From: Kiloniellales bacterium
GTDB lineage: Bacteria; Pseudomonadota; Alphaproteobacteria; Kiloniellales; JAKSBE01
Assembly: GCA_030066685.1 (NCBI GenBank)
Contig: JASJBF010000002.1
Coordinates: 225,847-289,846 of the forward strand
Reading direction: 5' to 3'
Length of the DNA: 64,000 bases
Part shown: one piece after another, positions 1 to 9,555 of the stretch
Numbering within the stretch: the stretch's first letter is position 1
Layout of the letters: each line of letters begins with the position of its first letter
The notes under the pieces: model-generated
Told to the model about the DNA's origin: nothing
Database searches by the model: none
The model's input: the letters and a program-made list of their open reading frames with translations, nothing else
Translations under genes and position numbers: made by a program

Positions 1-1076
1 TCGGCCTCGGCGCGACGGTCAGCGTCGAGAAGGGGGCCGGGCAGGGCGCGGCAATGACGGACGAGGCCTACAAGACGGCCGGCGCCAGCATCGCCAAGGA
101 CGCGAAGACCGCGCTTAACGGCGCCGACGTGGTGCTCAAGGTCCGTCGGCCCATGGCCGAGGGCGAAGCGAGCGACGAGATCGGCCTGATGCGCAAGGGC
201 GCCGTCGTCCTCGCGCTCTACGATCCCCTGCGCGACAGCGCCGGGGTCGAGGCGGCGGCCAAAGCGGGGCTCACGGCCTTCGCCATGGAGATGATCCCGC
301 GGATCACCCGGGCCCAGTCGATGGACGTGCTGTCCTCCCAGGCCAACCTGGCCGGCTACAAGGCGGTCCTGGACGCGGCGGCGGAGTTTGGCCGCGCCTT
401 CCCGATGATGATGACCGCGGCCGGCACCATCGCCCCGGCCCGGGCCCTGGTGATGGGCGCCGGCGTCGCCGGGCTGCAAGCCATCGCCACCGCGCGCCGC
501 CTGGGCGCCATCGTCTCGGCGACCGACGTCCGGCCGGCGGCCAAGGAGCAGGTCGAGAGCCTTGGCGCCAGCTTCGTCGCGGTCGAGGACGAGGAGTTCA
601 AGCAGGCCGAGACCGCCGGCGGCTACGCCAAGGAGATGAGCGAGGAGTATCAGAAGAAGCAGGCCGCGCTGATCGCCGAGACCATCGCCAAGCAGGACGT
701 CGTCATCACCACCGCGCTGATCCCCGGGCGGCCGGCGCCCAAGCTAGTCGACGAGGCCATGGTCAAGTCGATGAAGCCGGGCTCGGTGATCGTCGACCTG
801 GCGGTCGAGACCGGCGGCAACTGTACGCTGGCCCAGGCCGGCAAGGTGGTCACAAAGCACGGTGTCAAGATCGTCGGCCATCACAACGTGCCGGGTCGCC
901 TGGCGGTCGACGCCAGCGCGCTCTACGCCAAGAACCTCCTGAACTTCCTCAAGCTGATCATCGACGCCGAGAGCGGCGAGCTGAAGATCGATTGGGAGGA
1001 CGAGATCATCAAGGGCACCTGCATCACCCACGAGGGCAAGGTGGTCCATCCACAGTTGAGCGGGGAGACCGGCTGA
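1..1076 (+). CDS. pntAA: NAD(P) transhydrogenase subunit alpha part 1 (PntAA, dI domain); 5'-truncated by the window edge
   Basis: The frame is open from nt 3. The translation [52 protein letters not shown] aligns with E. coli PntA residues about 20-375. The next two genes are pntAB and pntB. Confidence 0.9.
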   Translation, partial: GLGATVSVEKGAGQGAAMTDEAYKTAGASIAKDAKTALNGADVVLKVRRPMAEGEASDEIGLMRKGAVVLALYDPLRDSAGVEAAAKAGLTAFAMEMIPRITRAQSMDVLSSQANLAGYKAVLDAAAEFGRAFPMMMTAAGTIAPARALVMGAGVAGLQAIATARRLGAIVSATDVRPAAKEQVESLGASFVAVEDEEFKQAETAGGYAKEMSEEYQKKQAALIAETIAKQDVVITTALIPGRPAPKLVDEAMVKSMKPGSVIVDLAVETGGNCTLAQAGKVVTKHGVKIVGHHNVPGRLAVDASALYAKNLLNFLKLIIDAESGELKIDWEDEIIKGTCITHEGKVVHPQLSGETG

Positions 1077-1077
1077 G

Positions 1078-1491
1078 ATGTCTGTCGACAGCTTCCAGGA
1101 AAAAGGCAAGGACGCCATCGAGAAGGCGCAGGAACTCAGCGATTTGGTCGAAGCCCTGGTCAGCGAAGGCACCCAGATGGCCATGACCACCGCGGCCGAA
1201 TATACCGGGCCCTCGCCCCTGGTCATCGGCCTGACCGTCTTCGTGCTGGCGGTCTTCGTCGGCTATCACGTGGTCTGGCGGGTGACGCCGGCGCTGCATT
1301 CGCCGCTGATGGCGGTCACCAACGCGATCTCTTCGGTGATCATCGTCGGCGCCCTGATCGCCGCCGGCCCGGCCAACCTGGGCTTCAGCGAGATCATGGG
1401 CTTCCTGGCGGTGACGCTGGCCTCGGTGAACATCTTCGGCGGCTTCATCGTCTCGCAGCGCATGCTGTCCATGTTCAAGAAGAAGAAATAG
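1078..1491 (+). CDS. pntAB: NAD(P) transhydrogenase subunit alpha part 2 (membrane dII portion)
   Basis: A 137 aa hydrophobic protein with [31 protein letters not shown] and [13 protein letters not shown] motifs. Its start lies 2 nt after the pntAA stop. Confidence 0.9.
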   Translation: MSVDSFQEKGKDAIEKAQELSDLVEALVSEGTQMAMTTAAEYTGPSPLVIGLTVFVLAVFVGYHVVWRVTPALHSPLMAVTNAISSVIIVGALIAAGPANLGFSEIMGFLAVTLASVNIFGGFIVSQRMLSMFKKKK

Positions 1492-1504
1492 GGCGGAGCC
1501 GACC

Positions 1505-2896
1505 ATGACCGCAGATCTCTCCGCCCTGGCCTATCTCGTCGCCTCGGTCTGTTTCGTCCTGGCGCTGCGCGGCCTGTCGCATCCGGAGTCCAGCCGCTCC
1601 GGCAACATGTTCGGCATGGTCGGCATGGTCATCGCCATCGTGACCACCCTGCTGCTGCCCGGTGTGGTCAGCTACTGGCTGATTATCGTCGGGATCCTGA
1701 TCGGCGGCGCGATTGGCACCTTCATCGCGCTCAGGATCAACATGACCGCCCTGCCGCAGCTGGTCGCCGCCTTCCACAGCCTGGTCGGTCTCGCTGCGGT
1801 CCTGGTCGCCGCGGCCGCCTTCTATCAGCCGCAGGCCTACGGCATCGGCATCCCCGGCGACATCCACGTCAACAGCCTGATCGAGATGTCGATCGGCGCC
1901 GCCATCGGTGCGATCACCTTCACCGGCTCGGTCATCGCCTTCGCCAAGCTGCAGGGCGTCATGAGCGGCGCGCCGATCACCTTCACCGGCCAGCACCCGC
2001 TGAACGCCATCCTCGGCGTGGTCACGGTGCTGCTGGTCGCCTGGTTCTGCGTTGACCAGCTCGGCATCACCTTCTGGCTGATCGTCCTGCTGACCCTGGT
2101 GCTGGGGGTCCTGATCATCATCCCGATCGGCGGCGCCGACATGCCGGTCGTGATCTCGATGCTGAACTCCTATTCGGGCTGGGCCGCCTGCGGCATCGGC
2201 TTCACGCTCGAGAACAACCTGCTGATCATCACCGGGGCCCTGGTCGGCTCGTCCGGCGCCATCCTCAGCTACATCATGTGCAAGGGTATGAACCGCTCCT
2301 TCTTCAACGTCATCCTCGGCGGCTTCGGCGCCGAGGGCGGGGCGGCGGTGCAGGACCTTGGCGACAAGACGGTCAAGCCGGGCTCGGCCGACGACGCCGC
2401 CTTCATCATGAAGAACGCCGGCTCGGTCATGATCGTCCCGGGCTACGGCATGGCCGTGGCCCAGGCCCAGCACGCCCTGCGCGAGATGGCCGATCTGCTG
2501 AAGAAGGAAGGCGTTGAGGTGCGCTACGCCATCCACCCGGTGGCCGGCCGCATGCCCGGGCACATGAACGTCCTCCTGGCCGAGGCCAACGTGCCCTACG
2601 ACGAGGTCTTCGAGATGGACGAGATCAACCGCGACTTCGCCTCGACCGACGTATCCTTCATCATCGGCGCCAACGACATCACCAACCCGTCGGCCAAGAC
2701 CGACCCGGCCTCGCCGATCTACGGCATGCCGATCCTCGAGGTCGACAAGTCCCAGACCGTGCTCTTCGTCAAGCGCTCCCTGAGCCCGGGGTACGCCGGC
2801 ATCGACAACAGCCTGTTCTACGCCGACAACACCATGATGCTCTTCGACGATGCCAAGAAGATGTGCGAGCACATCGTGAAGGCCCTGGAACAGTAG
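1505..2896 (+). CDS. pntB: NAD(P) transhydrogenase subunit beta
   Basis: A 463 aa protein with N-terminal transmembrane helices and a C-terminal dIII domain (GYGMAVAQAQH, IIGANDITNP, MLFDDAKKMCE), typical of PntB. Confidence 0.92.
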   Translation: MTADLSALAYLVASVCFVLALRGLSHPESSRSGNMFGMVGMVIAIVTTLLLPGVVSYWLIIVGILIGGAIGTFIALRINMTALPQLVAAFHSLVGLAAVLVAAAAFYQPQAYGIGIPGDIHVNSLIEMSIGAAIGAITFTGSVIAFAKLQGVMSGAPITFTGQHPLNAILGVVTVLLVAWFCVDQLGITFWLIVLLTLVLGVLIIIPIGGADMPVVISMLNSYSGWAACGIGFTLENNLLIITGALVGSSGAILSYIMCKGMNRSFFNVILGGFGAEGGAAVQDLGDKTVKPGSADDAAFIMKNAGSVMIVPGYGMAVAQAQHALREMADLLKKEGVEVRYAIHPVAGRMPGHMNVLLAEANVPYDEVFEMDEINRDFASTDVSFIIGANDITNPSAKTDPASPIYGMPILEVDKSQTVLFVKRSLSPGYAGIDNSLFYADNTMMLFDDAKKMCEHIVKALEQ

Positions 2897-3079
2897 GTTC
2901 GACGGCCAGGGCTCGCCCTCTGGGCCGCCCGTCTTGGAAGACCGAGCAGCGCAGCACCCCCCAAATGGGGGCAGACAGCAGGTTTCCGCCTTGGGCAGGC
3001 TGTCATGAGGACAATTATCTTAGGTCCGGGCGGCCGGACGGGGAGGTTCGGCCCGCGCAGGGCCTGAGGGGAGGTCGGC

Positions 3080-4018
3080 GTGAAGACCCTGCGCTCCGCC
3101 GTGCTGATGCTCGCGGTTCCGCTTCTCGCCTTGGCGGGATGCCTTAAGGACGCCGTGGACGTCAGCCAGCTGGGCCTCGGCAAGGACGGTGGCATCTTCA
3201 GCCCCGGCGGCATCCTGAGCGGCGAGACCGAGTACGTCTACGCCGAGGCGGCCGAGATCCCGCCGGAGGTTCCGGCCCTGATGACCGCGGTGATGCTGCG
3301 GCTGCGCGGCGAGACCGGCGGCGAGGTGACGCGTCTGCTCTCGGTCTCCGGCAGCGAGGTTATCAGGCCAGAGGTGCGCTTCCGCTACCGGGGCTTCGCC
3401 GTCCGCAGGGTCCTGATCGACGACTTCGAGACGGACGACGGCAGGCCGGGCCAGCGTCGTCTGGCCGGCCGGCTCTATCTCGAAGATCCCATGGGACGCG
3501 CGACCTCGATAACCTTCGACCTCTCCTATGCCCTCTTGCAGCAAAAGCTGCACATCAGCGCGGCCTCCTGGTCGCCGACGCTGTCGCAGGAGCCGCGCTC
3601 GGCCCTCTACGTCGTGCCTCGCCAGGCCATCGAGCCGGAGCTGGACGGCATCGAGATGCGCTATCGGGAGCTCTATGCCCTGGTCCTGGACCGGGCGCTT
3701 CCCGTGGCGACCGGGGCGCCTCTCCCCCAGAGTGCGCAGGACTATCTGCTTTTCGTCTTCATCCAGGACCGCCTGGGACCGCGGGCCGAGCTGGACCTGC
3801 GGATCGGCGAGGAGCCCGAGCAAGGCGGCGGCTACTCGGGGGCCTCGTCGCTGATCGTCTTCCCGGAAGGCTGGGCGGTCGGCCTCATCGCCGGCCGCTT
3901 CGACCTGTCCAGGGAAGAGCCCTTGTGGGTGAAGGTCTTCTACAAGCCGCGGGCCTACGAGAGGCTCGACCTGATCGGCCTGTTCTCGATGCCGCCGCAG
4001 GTCGAGCCGGCCAGCTGA
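3080..4018 (+). CDS. hypothetical lipoprotein
   Basis: GTG start preceded by a GGAGG ribosome-binding site. Signal peptide with lipobox LLALAGC. No recognisable domain. The overlapping minus-strand ORF 3020..4192 was judged a GC artefact. Confidence 0.55.
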   Translation: MKTLRSAVLMLAVPLLALAGCLKDAVDVSQLGLGKDGGIFSPGGILSGETEYVYAEAAEIPPEVPALMTAVMLRLRGETGGEVTRLLSVSGSEVIRPEVRFRYRGFAVRRVLIDDFETDDGRPGQRRLAGRLYLEDPMGRATSITFDLSYALLQQKLHISAASWSPTLSQEPRSALYVVPRQAIEPELDGIEMRYRELYALVLDRALPVATGAPLPQSAQDYLLFVFIQDRLGPRAELDLRIGEEPEQGGGYSGASSLIVFPEGWAVGLIAGRFDLSREEPLWVKVFYKPRAYERLDLIGLFSMPPQVEPAS

Positions 4019-4063
4019 ATGGCGATGCGGCGCGGCGCGGGTCGCTCGAAGGAGGAAGGGAAG

Positions 4064-4945
4064 ATGAACGCTCCGGCAAAGCCCGCGATCGTCTTGCGCG
4101 GCCTGGCGGCCGCTGCGGCCTTGGCCGTCGGCCTCGCCGGGCAGGTCGCTTTGGCGAGCGAGGGCGGCGGCAGCGAAGGCGGCGGCAGTCAAGGCGGCGC
4201 CGGCGAGGCCGACGGGGAGGAAACCCGCGACTCCGGACCCTACTTCCTGGGCCGCGAAGCCGACCGCGCTCCGCCGGGCTTTACGAACCTGGTCCGGGCG
4301 ACGGCCGCCTTTCAGGGCTATTCGCTTTTTCTCAGTCCCGAAGAGGGTACGGCGCGGTTCCTCTTTGATCTGACCTACGGGCCCCTGATCGAGCTCGTGA
4401 CCGCGCTGAGCTTCCAGCAGCAGTTCGGCCCCCCGCGGGAATCCCAGGCCGCGCCACGGCAGAGCGACAAGACCGCTTCCAAGCCTTCGGGCTTCGTCCA
4501 GCTCGGCGAGGGTCTTTCGATGATCGAGCGCATCCAGATCAGCGAGAAGCTCGCCGGGATCCTGGGCCGCAAGGACGCCTTGTACGCCGAGGAAGACGGC
4601 GGCCTGCCGTATTGGATCTTCAAGGAGGATAGCGGCACGAACTCGAACGGCGCGAGCGAACCGGCACCACCGCGGATCATCTGGGAGGTCGAGGCGGCAG
4701 CCGGCGATGCCGCGAAGGGCGCGGGCAAGGCCAAGTTATCCGACGGGATGGATTCAGCAGCCAAGTCCAAGGCGAAGGCGGGCAGGGACTTCGACCGCAA
4801 GGCGCTCGACTACCTCGATGAGAACTACCTGTGGCTTCAGGAGAGGTTCGGTTCGAAGGACCCGGAAATTAGGGCCCGAAAGGCCAAGATGGCCGAGGAG
4901 AAAATAGAAGAGCTCAAAAAGAAGAGACAAAATCGGGGGCGGTGA
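4064..4945 (+). CDS. hypothetical secreted protein with a Lys/Glu-rich C-terminal helix
   Basis: ATG at 4064 preceded by GGAGGAAGG. Signal peptide AAAALAVGLAGQVALA. Gly/Ser-rich linker. Probably co-transcribed with the upstream lipoprotein gene. Confidence 0.5.
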   Translation: MNAPAKPAIVLRGLAAAAALAVGLAGQVALASEGGGSEGGGSQGGAGEADGEETRDSGPYFLGREADRAPPGFTNLVRATAAFQGYSLFLSPEEGTARFLFDLTYGPLIELVTALSFQQQFGPPRESQAAPRQSDKTASKPSGFVQLGEGLSMIERIQISEKLAGILGRKDALYAEEDGGLPYWIFKEDSGTNSNGASEPAPPRIIWEVEAAAGDAAKGAGKAKLSDGMDSAAKSKAKAGRDFDRKALDYLDENYLWLQERFGSKDPEIRARKAKMAEEKIEELKKKRQNRGR

Positions 4946-5254
4946 TCACCGGACACCATCGTGCAGGACGCAGTCGGACTATGTCATGCTCCCCGGGGAG
5001 GCAGGAGGCCCATGGCTGTTGCGATCGGTGCCGGCGGCTCCCGTCCTAGGGCTTTCGGGTCCGATCACCGCTCCGGGGCGTCCCTGACGCGGCGCCACCG
5101 CCCGCTATCCAGGAAGCGGATTTGACCGGAGCCTCCGCGAAGCCTCAGGATCACGCACACCAATAGCCGCCCGCACAATACGGGCGGCAGGATCCAATCC
5201 ATAGCTATTCATGACAAGGGATGCCCGGCAGGGCGCTCCTATCGCGTCAGCGCG

Positions 5255-5458
5255 CTAGAAGCCTTCGCGCTCCATGCGCTTGCGCAGCAGCTTGCGGTAG
5301 CGGCGCACCGCCTCGGCCTGCTCGCGCTTGCGGCGCTCGGAGGGCTTCTCGTAGGAGCGACGCAGCTTCATCTCACGGAAGATGCCCTCGCGCTGCATCT
5401 TCTTCTTCAGCGCGCGCAGGGCTTGGTCGACGTTGTTGTCGCGAACATGTACGTGCAC
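5255..5458 (-). CDS. rpsU: 30S ribosomal protein S21
   Basis: A 67 aa basic protein, [46 protein letters not shown], matching the S21 family. Confidence 0.9.
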   Translation of the reverse strand: MHVHVRDNNVDQALRALKKKMQREGIFREMKLRRSYEKPSERRKREQAEAVRRYRKLLRKRMEREGF

Positions 5459-5678
5459 GGCCCTTCAAGTCTCCTTCTGGACCTAGGGTTAAGCGAACAT
5501 TGCCGGGCTGGCGGCTGGTCGCCCCGGCATGCAGACGCAAAACAACGTCCGCGGCGGCCGGACCACGCCGGGGCCGGTGTGGTAGCACAGCCGCCGGGGC
5601 TTGGGAAGGCGAATCTTCGGCGGTTTTCGGACGCCGCGGCGGCTTTACCTTGGCCCCCCGGCTACTCATATTGAGCCC

Positions 5679-6272
5679 ATGGCCATTCTCAAGATCGCCC
5701 GCATGGGGCATCCCGTGCTCAGCCGCCCGGCCGCACCGGTCGACGATCCCGGGGCGCCCGCCATCCGCCGGCTGGTCGCGGACATGATCGAGACCATGGA
5801 GGACGCGCCGGGCACCGGCCTGGCCGCGCCCCAGGTCCATGTCCCGTTGCGCCTGGTGGTCTTCAAGGTGGAGGGCGCGCGCGCCAGCCGCGAGGACGGG
5901 CCCGAAGCGAGCGGACCAGGGGCGGACGGGCCCAGTGCGGACGGGGGCGGGGACGGCACGGTGCCGATGACCGTGCTGATCAATCCCGAGATCGAGCCCC
6001 TGGGCGAGGACAAGGCCCTCGGCTGGGAGGCCTGCCTCTCGGTGCCCGAGCTGGCCGGCGAGGTGCCGCGCTACACCGCGATCCGCTACCGCGGCCTGGA
6101 CCCGGACGGCCGAACGATCGAGCGCGAGGCCAGAGGTTTCCACGCTCGGGTGGTCCAACACGAGTGCGACCACCTGGACGGGATCCTCTACCCGCAGCGC
6201 ATGCTCGACTTGAAGAAACTGGTCTTCGCCTCCGAGCTGCGTCACCTGGGCGGTGCCGAAGCTGCGGACTGA
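5679..6272 (+). CDS. def: peptide deformylase carrying a low-complexity insertion
   Basis: Motifs GTGLAAPQV (motif I), EACLSVPE (motif II) and QHECDHLDG (motif III) are present. Start chosen at MAILKIAR (ATG 5679). The gene is divergent from rpsU. Confidence 0.88.
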   Translation: MAILKIARMGHPVLSRPAAPVDDPGAPAIRRLVADMIETMEDAPGTGLAAPQVHVPLRLVVFKVEGARASREDGPEASGPGADGPSADGGGDGTVPMTVLINPEIEPLGEDKALGWEACLSVPELAGEVPRYTAIRYRGLDPDGRTIEREARGFHARVVQHECDHLDGILYPQRMLDLKKLVFASELRHLGGAEAAD

Positions 6273-6292
6273 GCGCGGGAAGGAGAAAGTCC

Positions 6293-6931
6293 TTGGATAT
6301 CGAGACGACCCGGCGCCGGCTCCTGGACGCCACCCTGGACCACGTGCCCTTCGACGGCTGGTCCGTGACCGCGCTGCAGCGGGCGGCGGCCGACCTGGGC
6401 CTCGACGCGGCCACGGCGGTCAACGCCTTTCCCGGCGGCGCGGCCGAGTTGATCGCGTTCCACAGCGCCGAGGCCGACCGGCAGATGCTGGACGCGCTGC
6501 CGCCCCTGGACCTGCCGGGGATGCGGGTTCGGGATCGGATCGCCGCGGTGGTCCGCCTGCGTCTGGAGCAGAATGCCCCGCATCGCGAGGCGGTCCGGCG
6601 CGCCGTGGCATTCCTCGCCCTGCCGCAGAACGGCCCCTTGGCGCTGAAGTGCCTCTATCGAACGGTCGACGCCATGTGGTACGCCGCGGGCGACACCTCG
6701 ACGGACTACAACTTCTACACCAAGCGGCTGCTGCTCTCCGGGGTCTACAGCTCGACCCTGCTGTTCTGGCTGAACGACGAATCCGAGGGCTCCGCTGAGA
6801 CCTGGGCCTTCCTGGCGCGCCGCATCGACGAGGTCCTGAAGATCGGCGGCAGCCTGGGCAAGGGGGTCAAGGCCGTGCTGGATGTCCCCGACCGCCTGTT
6901 CCGTTTCCGCCCGGGAAGCATGCGGCGCTGA
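6293..6931 (+). CDS. COQ9-like protein (rpsU-divergently-transcribed family)
   Basis: TTG start at 6293, 7 nt downstream of AGGAGA. Sequence TTRRRLLDATLDHVPFDGWS..LKCLYRTVDAMWYAAGDTSTDYNFYTKR resembles the COQ9/TIGR02396 family typically found next to rpsU in alphaproteobacteria. Confidence 0.7.
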   Translation: MDIETTRRRLLDATLDHVPFDGWSVTALQRAAADLGLDAATAVNAFPGGAAELIAFHSAEADRQMLDALPPLDLPGMRVRDRIAAVVRLRLEQNAPHREAVRRAVAFLALPQNGPLALKCLYRTVDAMWYAAGDTSTDYNFYTKRLLLSGVYSSTLLFWLNDESEGSAETWAFLARRIDEVLKIGGSLGKGVKAVLDVPDRLFRFRPGSMRR

Positions 6932-7150
6932 AGATCCGGCTCCCGGCGACTCGCGCCTTTATCGAGGGCGGCCGCCCGGTCATCTCCCGGTCCGAGCCGA
7001 GCGGGGCCGGTCATGCCGAAACCCCTAAGCGTCGGGCAAGCAGAGCCTGTAGTCCTAGATCTTAGTCCATAACTTTAGAAGTGCCCAGGATCTGCGCAGT
7101 TCCCGGTTGAATATGCTGTACCCCAAAGGTTTGGTGTGTTCTAAGCTGGC

Positions 7151-7804
7151 GTGCAAGCAAGGGAGCCTTGCCAATTGAACCCGACTGCGACCACGTCCGG
7201 CAGCGAAGATCGCGACAGAGCGCGAACACCGGTTCCGACCGCGAGCGACCTCGCCGGCAAGGTCGTGGCGTACCTGACCGAGCGCGGCGAGGGGCAGCGC
7301 CTGGCGGCTTTCCCGGGCCTCGAGATCAAGGGGCTGGAGCTGGTCCTGGAGCCTTCGGAACAGGACCTCGCGGCGGACGAACTGAAGGCGGTGCTTCGGT
7401 ACTGGCAGGATCTGCCGCGTCGCGACGGGATCCCGGACGTGATCAAGGTCGAGCCGGACCGGCTGCTGTCCGCTCTGGGCTACCTCATGCTGATCGATTT
7501 CGGCGAGGCCGAGGACGACTTTCGCTACGCCCTCTACGGCAGCAAGATCGCCAAGGTCTCCGGCTTCGACATGACCGGCAAGAGCATCTGGGACATTCCG
7601 ACGACCTCGGCCGTCCAGGTCTTCTTCGCGGCCTGCTACATGGCCGTGGGCCGGCTGAAGCGCCCGATCTACAGCGTGCACGAAGCACCGCCGGCGATCA
7701 CGGTGAGCCACTGGCACCGCCTGATCCTGCCCCTTGGCAAGGACGGCGAGGTCAGGCGCTTGCTGGTCTGCAACGTCCCGATCAGCAAGGGCAAGCCGCT
7801 CTGA
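7151..7804 (+). CDS. PAS-like protein (PAS_5/DUF1457-type, alphaproteobacterial)
   Basis: Pattern WQDLPRRDGIP..LLSALGYLMLIDFGE..FRYALYGSKI..GFDMTGKSI is recalled from PF07310-type proteins. The true start may be internal. Confidence 0.5.
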   Translation: MQAREPCQLNPTATTSGSEDRDRARTPVPTASDLAGKVVAYLTERGEGQRLAAFPGLEIKGLELVLEPSEQDLAADELKAVLRYWQDLPRRDGIPDVIKVEPDRLLSALGYLMLIDFGEAEDDFRYALYGSKIAKVSGFDMTGKSIWDIPTTSAVQVFFAACYMAVGRLKRPIYSVHEAPPAITVSHWHRLILPLGKDGEVRRLLVCNVPISKGKPL

Positions 7805-7831
7805 AGGCCCGGCCTCCCAGGCGGCGTGGGC

Positions 7832-8161
7832 TTACAGGCCGTCCGGCTTCTCGATCACCAGGATGCGGGCCTCGCCCAGGGGATGGGCGACGTGCTCGTC
7901 GCCGGCTTCTGCGAAGCAGACATCGCCGGCCGCCAAGTGCTGCGCCTTCTCGATCCCGGCTTCCCGGTAGTGCATCTCGACTAGATAACTGAGTGCGCCC
8001 GAGACCGCGGCGCCATCTTTGACGTATGGGTCGCAGGGTTTGTCGACGAGAAGCGCTCTTAGGCGACTTCCCGCAATCAGCAGCTTTCCGGGCGTTCTGA
8101 ATTCACATTCGTTCCACAGGCCTCTAGTGGAGCACCAATCTGCTGGGGAATTAACCTTCAC
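7832..8161 (-). CDS. small cupin-domain protein
   Basis: Motif GDVCFAEAGDEHVAHPLGEARILVIE fits cupin motif 2 (GD..x..G..H..H). GC drops across the N-terminal part of the gene. Confidence 0.5.
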   Translation of the reverse strand: MKVNSPADWCSTRGLWNECEFRTPGKLLIAGSRLRALLVDKPCDPYVKDGAAVSGALSYLVEMHYREAGIEKAQHLAAGDVCFAEAGDEHVAHPLGEARILVIEKPDGL

Positions 8162-8201
8162 TTAACCATAACTAATTATCACCTTTTATCTGTCACGTCT
8201 A

Positions 8202-9242
8202 ATGGGTCATTCAAGAGCATGGCCTCTTCCAATGCTGCCGGTTGATTGGTGCAAGATGAAACTTCAGAAAGATGGCGATGCAAGCGATTTCGGCGTCGAC
8301 GGGGGCGCTGGCAAAACAGAAGCAAGGCTTCATCGGAAACTCGGACGCTACGTCCTGATAAGTTTACTGGAAGGCCAAAAATCCAGTCGTTTGGCAACAA
8401 TAACTCTTGGAATGTTGCTTCCGGTCATTGTATCGGGATGCAGTTTAGTGAACTCGAATAAGCTAATGCGTGCAGATGCATACGTCACGCAAGGTTCAGC
8501 CCAGATCAAAGATGGAAAAGTAAAAGACCCTATCAATCTGGACTCTTTCAAGTTTAATGTTGGGGATACGGAGTCAGCTTACTCAAAGGCATCGAAAGCA
8601 CAAAATGGTGTCGACCGGAACCGTCTGCAGAGCTTCCTGCTTCGCCTTTCCGACGTGAACTGTGCTCGATATGTCGACGACATGTATGCCAGGGTCGCGG
8701 CCAGAAAGGTCGTGCTGAAGTCAATTACCCTTTTATCGGGTAGCGCAGCTGCTGTCGTGTCGGGAGAGCTGGCAAAAAGTGTCCTTGGTGCCGTTAGCGC
8801 CGTCGCAACAGGTACCGACGCGATCCTGGACGCCGAGATATTGCAGAACCAGGTAATTACACTGGTGGCTACCCAAATAAATGCACAGCGCGCATCTATC
8901 GCTGCAGAAATTCGACGAAAACGTGAAGAGGCTGATCAGCAGGGGAACCAATCACTGGTAACTTATTCCCTGGAAGGCGCAATCCATGACGTCGATCGAT
9001 ATCATCAAGCTTGTGGATTCCTGCCGGCAATTGTAGAGCTGACCAAGGAGTCCCAAAGGGTCAGGGTTACAAAGGCTTCACTTGATGCGGAGCGCGGTAA
9101 ATTAATGAAGGAGAAGGACGATATTGACACAAGGATCCGGAATCAAACAAATCAAAATATACTAAAGATCGAAAATAGAAGGCTTGAGCAAATCGGTCGT
9201 AGGTTGGAAGAGATCGACATCCTGCTCAGGGTTGCGGAGTAA
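8202..9242 (+). CDS. ORFan lipoprotein/membrane protein with a C-terminal coiled coil, in an AT-rich island
   Basis: Hydrophobic segment with lipobox-like LPVIVSGCS. C-terminal heptad-rich region ..DAERGKLMKEKDDIDTRIRNQTNQNILKIENRRLEQIGRRLEEI. Local GC about 45% against a 66% background. Start codon uncertain. Confidence 0.45.
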   Translation: MGHSRAWPLPMLPVDWCKMKLQKDGDASDFGVDGGAGKTEARLHRKLGRYVLISLLEGQKSSRLATITLGMLLPVIVSGCSLVNSNKLMRADAYVTQGSAQIKDGKVKDPINLDSFKFNVGDTESAYSKASKAQNGVDRNRLQSFLLRLSDVNCARYVDDMYARVAARKVVLKSITLLSGSAAAVVSGELAKSVLGAVSAVATGTDAILDAEILQNQVITLVATQINAQRASIAAEIRRKREEADQQGNQSLVTYSLEGAIHDVDRYHQACGFLPAIVELTKESQRVRVTKASLDAERGKLMKEKDDIDTRIRNQTNQNILKIENRRLEQIGRRLEEIDILLRVAE

Positions 9243-9555
9243 ATTGCTTCGCGATGTATTGTGTTGTCTGTAGAGATGTAGCAACGGTCCTTTGCGGAGT
9301 GAGCGTGGTCTCAGGACCGGAAGAATCTCGTGATCATAGTTTGGTAGATGGCAATGTACTGCCGGATCAGGCCCGAGCGGAATGCCGGCAGAAGCCAAGC
9401 GCCAGTCTCAAAGCGCTAACTGAGCTTCAATGAACCTGGAAACCAGTAGCGCCAAGTCGCATCCCTTGTATCGCAAGTCAAAGCCGGCGGGCCGGTTTGA
9501 TAAGTGGATGTGACATTCCTGCTATCTTTCACCTATTGCTCTTGAGGCCGTAGGA

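Noticed and set aside
1475-2872. A 465 aa minus-strand ORF antisense to pntB, and many similar long antisense or alternative-frame ORFs in the track (for example 3020-4192, 5373-6245, 9589-10797, 10659-12104, 12332-13597, 14322-15041, 15360-16412, 16179-17678 N-terminal extension, 16592-17782, 20448-22226, 22213-23481, 22254-23423, 23591-24817, 24747-26759, 26584-28005, 33286-34833, 34830-36557, 36906-37790, 38076-39131, 40289-41332, 45814-47844, 52499-54598, 59725-61086, 59808-61565).
   Set aside because: Their translations are Arg/Pro/Gly/Ala-rich low-complexity strings typical of stop-codon-poor frames in 66% GC DNA. In each case the opposite-strand or alternative-frame gene has a clear family-level match.
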